20,000 nucleotides of DNA from an uncultured virus (IMG/VR IMGVR_UViG_3300028557_002174) (IMGVR_UViG_3300028557_002174:57666-77665), one strand, 5' to 3'. Counted from the stretch's first letter, positions 7,662 through 14,732 are shown. Notes: generated from the letters alone by a model not told the origin. Translations and numbers: made by a program.

Positions 7662-8528
7662 ATGACAGAAAATTATTTAGGAAAAATAGTAAACGGAGAT
7701 TGTATTGAAGTGATGAAGACCATGGAAGAAGGGTCTGTAGATTTGATTGTAACATCACCACCATATGGTGTTGGGATTGATTATGATGTTCACGATGACG
7801 ATATGGTTTGGGAAGAATATTCAAAATTCACACAGTCGTGGATGGAACAAGCATACCGTGTGTTGAAAGATGACGGTAGGATTGCTTTAAATATCCCGTA
7901 TGAGATTAACCGACAAGCCAAGGGCGGAAGAATCTTCATGTTAAGTGAGATATGGCAAATTATGAAACAGATTGGTTACAAGTTCTTCGGAGTTGTGGAC
8001 CTTGAAGAGGAATCACCACACAGAAGTCGTACCACAGCGTGGGGGTCATGGATGAGTCCCTCGGCACCTTACATCTATAATCCAAAGGAGTGTGTTATCT
8101 TGGCATACAAGAAGAAACATATTAAGATTGTTAAAGGACAACCTGAATGGGTTGGTGAGATGGGTGAGGTTGAAGGTAAAGACGGTAACATGAGAGCCAA
8201 GATGATGTATACCGAACAACAGAAACGTGAGTTTATTGATTTGGTATTTGGACAGTGGAATTATTTTGCCGATACTCGTTCATTGACAAAGGCGACCTTC
8301 TCAATGGACATCCCAACCAAGGCAATTAAGATTCTCACATATAAGAATGATATTGTCCTTGACCCGTTTGCTGGTTCAGGTACAACTATGGTTGCGGCAG
8401 AAACTTTAGACCGTCGTTGGATTGGTATTGAAATCAGTTCTAACTACGCTAAAGTGGCAAAAGAAAGGGTTGGATTCTTTGTTCAACAAAAAAGACAACA
8501 GGTTTTAGAATTTCCTGAAAAATCCTAA
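7662..8528 (+). CDS. Orphan site-specific DNA methyltransferase, N4-cytosine/N6-adenine, beta class
   Basis: Catalytic motif IV (VDLIVTSPPY) is N-terminal and SAM-binding motif I (VLDPFAGSGTT) is C-terminal. SPPY favours m4C. Confidence 0.95.
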   Translation: MTENYLGKIVNGDCIEVMKTMEEGSVDLIVTSPPYGVGIDYDVHDDDMVWEEYSKFTQSWMEQAYRVLKDDGRIALNIPYEINRQAKGGRIFMLSEIWQIMKQIGYKFFGVVDLEEESPHRSRTTAWGSWMSPSAPYIYNPKECVILAYKKKHIKIVKGQPEWVGEMGEVEGKDGNMRAKMMYTEQQKREFIDLVFGQWNYFADTRSLTKATFSMDIPTKAIKILTYKNDIVLDPFAGSGTTMVAAETLDRRWIGIEISSNYAKVAKERVGFFVQQKRQQVLEFPEKS

Positions 8529-8535
8529 ATAATAT

Positions 8536-8571
8536 AAATGTCTTGTTTTTTAACAAAAAAACTGGACATTT
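8536..8571. terminator. AT-rich hairpin between convergent genes
   Basis: AAATGTCTTGTTTTTT...AAAAAACTGGACATTT imperfect inverted repeat. Confidence 0.5.
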
Positions 8572-8723
8572 TAATCTTTCGTATATCTAAAATTACAAAT
8601 TGGTTTTCCGTTCACCAATGGTAAACCATGTTGGTCAAGGGTGATAGTTTTTACTATCACCTTTTTATTTTTAAATCTACCCATCAAAATTGTGTCACCA
8701 ACCTTTATATTAAGTTGTATCAT
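8571..8723 (-). CDS. Small basic protein, 50 aa (not in ORF track)
   Basis: MIQLNIKVGDTILMGRFKNKKVIVKTITLDQHGLPLVNGKPICNFRYTKD*. IKVGDTI...G.FK suggests a KOW/SH3-like barrel. It fills the gap and explains why the next gene starts at 8755. Confidence 0.8.
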   Translation of the reverse strand: MIQLNIKVGDTILMGRFKNKKVIVKTITLDQHGLPLVNGKPICNFRYTKD

Positions 8724-8754
8724 AGTATTTATAATTAGTGTTTATATTCAAAAA

Positions 8755-9747
8755 ATGGGTGAAATAGTATTAACGGAAATACAACTTAACAATCTAAAAC
8801 AGAGACTAACTGAAGAGAAGTGGTACAATAATGTTTTGGATATTTTGGGTATTGTTGACCCGACAGGAATTACTGACTTTGTAAATGCCATTTCTTATTA
8901 TAGACAGGGTGATACCCTATTTGCGTTTTTGTCTTTAATATCTGCAGTACCATATATTGGTGATGCGGTTGGTAAAACTGCTATGGGAACTATGAAAGCC
9001 GGAAGTCAAGGGACTAAGTACCTTAGAAATGCTGAAAAAGCCATTAATGCTGGTAATACTGAATTGGCTCTTAAGAATCTTAAGATGTTAGAAAAAGTTG
9101 AAGGACCTGCAAACAAATTATTTAAAACCGCTCAGAATTGGACTTCAAGAGTTGACACAGTAATTGATAAAATTCCGAATATGGGAGGATTATTATCAGG
9201 ATTTAAAAAAGCTCTTCAGAGTTGGTCAAACTTATTTAGTAGTGCGTCAAAAAGGTCCATGGGTGTTAGACGTTTAATGGTAAACAAAACACCTCAAGAA
9301 CAAATGAAATTGGTTCAAGGTTTAGAATCTGCTTTGAAAAGAGAAAAGTTTATGGACCCGGCAATATTAGGTAAACCAAACATCCTTCAAAGATTCCTTT
9401 ATGGTGGTGGTCTTGGGTTTGGTAGATTCTCTGACCTGTTTGGGAAAAGTTCTCTAAGAACAAGAGTACTAATGGGTCAAACAAAATTCTATCTCGGATT
9501 TTTGGATTTTTTAGGTCTTGGTAATTTTGTTGGACCTGAAGAACTTTCAGGTATGATGAGTAAGGAACAGATGTTAGCTGCGATGAAACAGTATGAATCA
9601 ACTCCTGAAGGTCAAGAAGCATTAAAAACTGAGTTGGGTGGAACTACAACAACTCAAGTATCACCACAGAGTTTAGCTGCTACGGGTGAAAAAATATCCA
9701 TGTCGCCGATTACGTCAGCATTAACAAGATTAATGAGTCCAGTATAA
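8755..9747 (+). CDS. Putative virion-associated protein with pre-toxin-TG-like helical hairpin (~330 aa)
   Basis: ATG 8755 after an A-run. LDILGIVDPTGITDFVNAISYYRQGDTLFAFLSLISAVPYIGDAVGK resembles the pre-toxin linker of polymorphic toxins. Confidence 0.65.
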   Translation: MGEIVLTEIQLNNLKQRLTEEKWYNNVLDILGIVDPTGITDFVNAISYYRQGDTLFAFLSLISAVPYIGDAVGKTAMGTMKAGSQGTKYLRNAEKAINAGNTELALKNLKMLEKVEGPANKLFKTAQNWTSRVDTVIDKIPNMGGLLSGFKKALQSWSNLFSSASKRSMGVRRLMVNKTPQEQMKLVQGLESALKREKFMDPAILGKPNILQRFLYGGGLGFGRFSDLFGKSSLRTRVLMGQTKFYLGFLDFLGLGNFVGPEELSGMMSKEQMLAAMKQYESTPEGQEALKTELGGTTTTQVSPQSLAATGEKISMSPITSALTRLMSPV

Positions 9748-10118
9748 TGAAAGAAGAATATATTTTAAAATTAGTCCAAGTTCAAAATCAATTTAGATTT
9801 TTACATTGGCAAACTACGTTTGATGCTAAACATAAAGCATACGGAGACATTTACGAAGGTTTAGGTGTTTTGATTGATGACTTTGTTGAAGCCATGATGG
9901 GAAAATATGGGAGACCTGAGTTTCCTGCAGAATTTTCAATAATGTTTCAAGATATAAATAAATTATCTATGCAAAATTTTATTGATGGAATATGTGAGTT
10001 TTTGTTTTCAATGACTGAAGGTCTGAACTCAAAATTTGATACTGATTTATTAAATCTTAGAGATGAGATGTTAAGATTAGTTAACAAATTAAAATATTTA
10101 TTAACTCTTAAATATTAA
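9747..10118 (+). CDS. Ferritin/Dps-like four-helix protein (DUF5856-like)
   Basis: FLHWQT...HKAYGDIYE.L...IDDFVE matches the Dps HW/H/D..E ferroxidase pattern; C-terminal K..YLL.L; TAATG coupling. Confidence 0.82.
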   Translation: MKEEYILKLVQVQNQFRFLHWQTTFDAKHKAYGDIYEGLGVLIDDFVEAMMGKYGRPEFPAEFSIMFQDINKLSMQNFIDGICEFLFSMTEGLNSKFDTDLLNLRDEMLRLVNKLKYLLTLKY

Positions 10119-10119
10119 T

Positions 10120-10527
10120 ATGAAAAAGTTTGTAATAACAGAGGAAGAAAAGAGTAGAATTCTTGGCATGCACATTGAAGCAACCTCAAGACAATATTTG
10201 AAAGAAGATTTCAATAATGGTATGACCACTATTGAACGATACAATTACAATTGTGGAATCCAATGTTTTTTAAATAAAAAAGGTGTTAGGGATGATGCCG
10301 GTCAACCGTTGAAAATTGACGGTTCAATCGGTAACTACCCAAAATCAAAAAGTGCTCAGGCAATTGTCAAATACCAGTCAATGATTGATGTTTATCCTGC
10401 TGATGGTGTGTGGGGTGAAGACACTATGGATGCGATGCCTGACAAGGATAAAGTAATATTCAAACAGTGTATTTCTGATTACGGTGATTTATTTGATAAA
10501 ATTGCACATTATTTTGGTTGGGATTGA
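10120..10527 (+). CDS. Peptidoglycan-binding domain protein (PG_binding_1-like) with no evident catalytic domain
   Basis: IQCFLN...LKIDGSIG...SAQAIVKYQ...ADGVWGEDTMDAM: two DG..G..T/S half-repeats. Confidence 0.8.
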   Translation: MKKFVITEEEKSRILGMHIEATSRQYLKEDFNNGMTTIERYNYNCGIQCFLNKKGVRDDAGQPLKIDGSIGNYPKSKSAQAIVKYQSMIDVYPADGVWGEDTMDAMPDKDKVIFKQCISDYGDLFDKIAHYFGWD

Positions 10528-11939
10528 TGAAAAAAATTATTAAAGAATCGGGTTTACGTGATATTAATGCTTTGGCAAAAAGGTACCCAAAGGCTAAAAT
10601 ATATTTTCACCAAGATTTAGATGGTGTTACCACAGCAATTGCTATGAAGAAATACCTTGAGGATAATGGTATTGATGTTGTAGATTCTGAGGTTATCCAA
10701 TATGGTGAAAAAGAGTTTGCAGTAAAGAAACCTGATGCTAGTGGTGATGTAATGCCCGTGTTAGTAGATTTTGCTCACGGTAAACCGATGTTTGTTATTC
10801 ATACAGACCACCACGATACTCAAGTAGGTGCTGAAAAAGATGCTTCAAAATCATTTAGACAAGCCCGTTCAAATGTTGAGACTATATCTCAAATAATTTC
10901 ACCAAAAGAATTGTTCCCAAGTTCAGACATTCTGTTGATTTCTACTGTTGACTCTGCTGATTTTGCAAAATATGACTTAACAACAAAAGAAGTTGTTAAC
11001 TTTTTATTTAGATTAGACAAGGAAAAAGGTTTGGCGAGAAACAAAATGTTGTTAGGGTTAGTGACTAACAAATTACTCTTGGCGTTTAAAAACAAAAAAG
11101 GTTTCTTAGAGAGTTTAGTGATGGACTCTGAGCCGTCACTTTATTCAATTCTTAATAACATAAAGACTTGGATGAGTGTGAACACTCGCGAGACACCTGA
11201 AAGACTCCAAAGAAATTCCAAAGACTATATGGACTCAATGGCAAATCACCGAAATGTGAAAGTTGAAGATGGAATCATTCTTCAATATGGTATGGGAACT
11301 TTGAAAGGTACTGGTTCTTACGACAGATATACTCCTTTTAGAAACAATCCTGAGGCGGACTTTTTGATTATCATGTGGCCTTTGGGTTTGGTACAAGCAT
11401 CTTGTAATCCATTCAAAAAAGATAGAGAGCTCAAAGGTGTAAATCTTGGAGAAGTTAAAGACGAGGTTTTGAATAAGTGGAAAGCACAACTTCAAGATAG
11501 AACAATTCCATTATCAACAATCAAATACATTGCAGAATCAGGTATGGGTACAGAATCAGTTGGATTCACATTCAAAGATTTTGATGCCATTTATGGTGGT
11601 AAGATTATGATGATGGATAATGGAGAACAAATATTAGATAGTTTAAAAACAATCATTGACAAACCATTCTCAGAGTTAAGTGAACCTGAAATGAAATTGT
11701 TGGATAAGATTGGTGTAAATGCTTGGGATTTGATTCAAGCCAATTCAGGTGGACACAAATGTATTACCAATATTTCGGGACTTAATTATTTGGGTAGAGC
11801 ACAAAGACCACCATCAGGACCATATAGATATGACCCTGAAAGAGATGACGCACCATACATCAAATTTGTTAAGATGATTGGACAAGAGTTCTTTAAAGTC
11901 TTAAAGGAAAAAATTCAGGAAAGTAAAAAGGAAAATTAA
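10527..11939 (+). CDS. DHH-family phosphoesterase (DHH/DHHA1-like)
   Basis: Motifs FHQDLDG, LVDFAH, HTDHH, VDSAD and C-terminal SGGHK. Start ATG 10527 (TGATG coupling). Confidence 0.88.
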   Translation: MKKIIKESGLRDINALAKRYPKAKIYFHQDLDGVTTAIAMKKYLEDNGIDVVDSEVIQYGEKEFAVKKPDASGDVMPVLVDFAHGKPMFVIHTDHHDTQVGAEKDASKSFRQARSNVETISQIISPKELFPSSDILLISTVDSADFAKYDLTTKEVVNFLFRLDKEKGLARNKMLLGLVTNKLLLAFKNKKGFLESLVMDSEPSLYSILNNIKTWMSVNTRETPERLQRNSKDYMDSMANHRNVKVEDGIILQYGMGTLKGTGSYDRYTPFRNNPEADFLIIMWPLGLVQASCNPFKKDRELKGVNLGEVKDEVLNKWKAQLQDRTIPLSTIKYIAESGMGTESVGFTFKDFDAIYGGKIMMMDNGEQILDSLKTIIDKPFSELSEPEMKLLDKIGVNAWDLIQANSGGHKCITNISGLNYLGRAQRPPSGPYRYDPERDDAPYIKFVKMIGQEFFKVLKEKIQESKKEN

Positions 11940-12286
11940 TCAACGAGAAACTTAACAGAATCTCCTTTTTTAATATTAAAACTTTTACAAGTACCACCTT
12001 CAATTTCCAATATAATATAACCTCTACCACAGTAACTCTCACAGTCTTCATCAACACATGGTGGACAATTGTGGTGAACCTTTGATATGATTTGGTCGTC
12101 AATGTAGATAATATCTAAAGGTATTATACAATTTTTCATCCAAAAACAATTAGTATGGTCGGTCATCAGAAACAACATACCGTTAAAATATTCGTTAAAA
12201 GTTTTGTTCATCATACCCTCAGCACGTTTACGGTAATCGTCCATAACCTTTACATTAAAGGTGTTATCGTCTATTTTAACTTTCAT
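11936..12286 (-). CDS. DUF192 family protein
   Basis: R..GMM...GMLF...FWMKNCIIPLDIIYID...PPC...C..Y...ILEIEGG...IKKGD.V. Confidence 0.92.
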   Translation of the reverse strand: MKVKIDDNTFNVKVMDDYRKRAEGMMNKTFNEYFNGMLFLMTDHTNCFWMKNCIIPLDIIYIDDQIISKVHHNCPPCVDEDCESYCGRGYIILEIEGGTCKSFNIKKGDSVKFLVD

Positions 12287-12289
12287 GAT

Positions 12290-12301
12290 TATTTATAAAT
12301 A
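12290..12301. promoter_or_regulatory. Palindromic TATTTATAAATA between divergent DUF192 and Nudix genes
   Basis: Perfect 12-bp palindrome filling most of a 14-bp spacer (its last base is the A of ATG 12301). It provides TATTTAT on both strands. Confidence 0.55.
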
Positions 12302-12729
12302 TGGAAAATTATAAAAGGTTGAGTGGTGTGGTCGTTAAAGTTAACGGTGAATGTTTGTTGTGCAAAAGAAACGGCAAGTCATCTTACCCTAATATGTGGT
12401 CAATTCCTTCAGGACACATTGAAAAAGATGAATCAACTAAAGAAGCTGCATATAGAGAGTTTTACGAAGAGACCGATATTAACATAGATAACTATGATTT
12501 AGATTTTGTGGGTATACTACCAAAAAAGAAAAAGACAGACGGTAGTATAAAAGGTATGATGTATGTTTATTTGTTGAATACTCACGAGTATATGTACCCT
12601 AACCTTGAAACTGCTCAAGATGGACATGAACATACTGAATGTGGGTATTTTGGATTGGACAAAGTCAATAATATGGATACAGGAGTGTATTTAAAAACAA
12701 TTTTACAAAATATTTTTGAAAAAGATTGA
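12301..12729 (+). CDS. Nudix hydrolase
   Basis: Nudix box WSIPSGHIEKDESTKEAAYREFYEETDI (GX5EX7REUXEE). Confidence 0.95.
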   Translation: MENYKRLSGVVVKVNGECLLCKRNGKSSYPNMWSIPSGHIEKDESTKEAAYREFYEETDINIDNYDLDFVGILPKKKKTDGSIKGMMYVYLLNTHEYMYPNLETAQDGHEHTECGYFGLDKVNNMDTGVYLKTILQNIFEKD

Positions 12730-12807
12730 ACTTTTCAATAGTATAACTATATTTATAATCTCCACCGAAAGGTAGAGACACCCCACAAAAAAGTTTCACT
12801 TAGCCCC

Positions 12808-12839
12808 TTTGACAATTTGAAAAAATTGTTTTATCTTTG
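12808..12839 (+). promoter_or_regulatory. Bacteroidota-type promoter upstream of a structured non-coding region
   Basis: TTTG (12808-12811), N20, TATCTTTG (12832-12839). Confidence 0.75.
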
Positions 12840-12841
12840 TG

Positions 12842-12930
12842 AGACACTCGGAAGAAGAGGAGTTAAATCCTCGGTTCACAATCCCACAACGAGTGTTTGA
12901 GAAAACATAGAAAGTTGTGGGATTTTTTAT
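12842..12930 (+). ncRNA. Candidate structured RNA A (pseudoknot or alternative folds)
   Basis: Pairings 12842-50/12890-98, 12857-61/12868-72, 12880-90/12914-24 followed by a U-run, and GNRA hairpin 12894-12907. Confidence 0.45.
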
Positions 12931-12957
12931 CGGATGTTGTTTAGCTCTTTAAAAATT

Positions 12958-13027
12958 TGATTACACCCGCTGGTACAACCAGCGCATGACGTGGATAGGT
13001 GACCGTGGGGAAGTGGGATTGTAATCA
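12958..13027 (+). ncRNA. Candidate structured RNA B (~70 nt, multi-stem)
   Basis: GC-rich island closed by TGATTACA/TGTAATCA, with internal hairpin CGCTGG-TACAA-CCAGCG. Confidence 0.5.
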
Positions 13028-13051
13028 TTAAAATATATTGTGAGGTATTTT

Positions 13052-13093
13052 TTTGGTTGTGTGGTGGTTTTTCGGTATATTTGTGATATTTAT
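13052..13093 (+). promoter_or_regulatory. Tandem Bacteroidota-type promoter plus TATTTAT motif before the HNH gene
   Basis: TTTG (13052-55), N20, TATATTTG (13076-83), then TATTTAT (13087-93), 5 nt before the ATG. Confidence 0.6.
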
Positions 13094-13098
13094 AATAT

Positions 13099-13638
13099 AT
13101 GAACAGATACCAAAAAGCCGCTGAAATCGGAAATAAAAAAAGAAGAGAAAAATCATTAGAAGATTATTATCAATCACCAAATATATGTAAATCTTGTGGT
13201 GAGGTAATAAGGGTTAATGATAACCAAAAAGTTTCTGAAGTAAGAAAAAAATATTTTTGTAATAGTTCTTGTTCTGCTAAGTTTAATAATTTAGAAAGAG
13301 AGAAAAAACAAAAAGAAGAAAAAAAAGAGATTGTAAGACCCGAAAGATTTAGTTTCTTTAATGGAATTACAAAAAAAAAGTTTTTTGAAAAGAAAGGGAT
13401 TTATTATAAGTTTAGAGCCGAAATTAGAAAACATGCGCAATATGTGTATGAAAAAAATAAAGGAGATAAAACTTGTAAAGTTTGTGGTTATGATAAACAC
13501 ATTCAAGTTTGTCATATAAAATCTGTATCTTCGTTCAGTGATGAATCCTTGATAACAGAAATAAACTCAAAAGATAATTTAGTAGGACTTTGTCCGAACC
13601 ATCATTGGGAGTTTGACCACGGATATTTAAAGTTATAA
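13099..13638 (+). CDS. HNH endonuclease with N-terminal Zn-finger
   Basis: N-terminal CKSC...FCNSSC; C-terminal CKVCGY...VCHIK...N...NLVGLCPNHHWEFD. Confidence 0.9.
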   Translation: MNRYQKAAEIGNKKRREKSLEDYYQSPNICKSCGEVIRVNDNQKVSEVRKKYFCNSSCSAKFNNLEREKKQKEEKKEIVRPERFSFFNGITKKKFFEKKGIYYKFRAEIRKHAQYVYEKNKGDKTCKVCGYDKHIQVCHIKSVSSFSDESLITEINSKDNLVGLCPNHHWEFDHGYLKL

Positions 13639-13641
13639 AAT

Positions 13642-13714
13642 GGCGGGCGGGGGGCAAGGTGTTCCATGGGTCTCATAAGCCCACATAGCTTGGTTCGATT
13701 CCAAGGCATCGCAA
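13642..13714 (+). tRNA. tRNA with CAT anticodon (Met/fMet-like), degenerate acceptor and D arm; possibly a pseudo-tRNA
   Basis: Anticodon arm TGGGT-CTCATAA-GCCCA and T arm CTTGG-TTCGATT-CCAAG. The acceptor GGCGGGC/GCATCGCA needs a bulge, U8 is absent and CCA is not encoded. Confidence 0.7.
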
Positions 13715-13772
13715 CTAAGAATGGGTTGACTACGGTCATAAAATCGAGGTTCCCTATTTTTTTAAAAAAAGA

Positions 13773-13804
13773 TTTGACGAATTGAAAAGTTCTTTTTATA
13801 TTTG
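13773..13804 (+). promoter_or_regulatory. Bacteroidota-type promoter
   Basis: TTTG (13773-76), N20, TATATTTG (13797-13804), upstream of ATG 13823. Confidence 0.75.
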
Positions 13805-13822
13805 TAGTGTTAAATAACAGAT

Positions 13823-14116
13823 ATGAAAATAAATTTCACATACAATATTCGGATTGAGAACGAGAAGTTCGGAACCCTCTTGAATGAAACTTTTGTTGAT
13901 GGTGTTCAGTTTAAGTTATTTTTGAAAATGGTTCACGGTTGTTTGGAACTCAAAGGAGATTTAGATTTCTTCAATGGTACCGACTTCTTGGTTCACATTC
14001 CTTACAAGTATTTGGTTGACTCTATTGTTTTGACTTCCTTGGTTACACCAACAGTTGGTGAACTTAGTTTGTCAGAACATATGAAATCTAAGGTGGAAGC
14101 TTTAGTTACCAAATAA
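13823..14116 (+). CDS. Hypothetical protein, 97 aa
   Basis: ORF with its own promoter and a downstream terminator. Confidence 0.82.
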   Translation: MKINFTYNIRIENEKFGTLLNETFVDGVQFKLFLKMVHGCLELKGDLDFFNGTDFLVHIPYKYLVDSIVLTSLVTPTVGELSLSEHMKSKVEALVTK

Positions 14117-14175
14117 TTTCCTGACATAATGTCAGGTGGTGGAGTGATTGACTGTCATTCGGTCAGTCCCAAAAG

Positions 14176-14203
14176 AAAAGGTCAGTTTCGGCTGACCTTT
14201 TTT
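14176..14203. terminator. Bidirectional intrinsic terminator
   Basis: AAAAGGTCAGT-TTCG-GCTGACCTTTT with A and T runs on either side, between convergent genes. Confidence 0.85.
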
Positions 14204-14732
14204 ATTTTTTTACTCTATCAGATAATCCTATTGGGATTCCCATATATGAACTGATTTGTTTTGTAAGAAATGATATCCATTCATTTAATGCATCGGAGTA
14301 GTCGTACGGGTTTTCATCCCATAAAAAATCTAATAAACCATCAATATCAAAATGTTTTATCTCTTCTTCCCCATCGTCATTTATATGTGAGTAGATTATA
14401 TTTGAATTTGGTATGTCCCAATTTTCTATTATGGCTGTTACATATCTTTCATCATTAATTTCTTCAACATAAACGGATGAATTTGTAAAATCCAACTCAA
14501 CGTATGACCCAGGTTCTAAACTATCAATATTAAACCTAAATGGTCCGTCTTTAGTTAATTTTTTGATTGACTTATTTAATAATGTTTTGGTACCTTCTTC
14601 ACCTAAAGACTCGTTCATAGACATGAGAAATTCTGATTGAGTCATGTCAAACATCTCCAAATATAAATTCATATTTGGGTTAGGGTATCCACCGCGGGAT
14701 TTTAAAAATTTTACTATGCCGTTAAAATCCAT
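14202..14732 (-). CDS. Acidic hypothetical protein, 176 aa
   Basis: ORF overlaps the upstream gene by 19 nt and ends at the terminator. Confidence 0.8.
   Translation of the reverse strand: MDFNGIVKFLKSRGGYPNPNMNLYLEMFDMTQSEFLMSMNESLGEEGTKTLLNKSIKKLTKDGPFRFNIDSLEPGSYVELDFTNSSVYVEEINDERYVTAIIENWDIPNSNIIYSHINDDGEEEIKHFDIDGLLDFLWDENPYDYSDALNEWISFLTKQISSYMGIPIGLSDRVKK

Noticed and set aside
8641..8754. Hydrophobic N-terminal extension (apparent TM or signal) of ORF 8641-9747
   Set aside because: It overlaps the 50-aa minus-strand gene and the TATTTAT motif; ATG 8755 is the better start.
12958..13027. Known ribozyme (pistol or hammerhead) or a tRNA
   Set aside because: CGTGGATAGG only loosely resembles pistol P1, and the pseudoknot partner is missing. 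There is no CUGANGA/GAAA core and no T-loop.
7662..13638. Restriction-modification pair formed by the MTase and the HNH (or GIY-YIG) nuclease
   Set aside because: They lie kilobases apart in separate transcription units, and both nucleases look like homing endonucleases.
14120..14170. Permuted or remnant tRNA (TGTCAGG-TGGTGGAGTG resembles a tRNA 5' end)
   Set aside because: No anticodon arm or T arm can be built.
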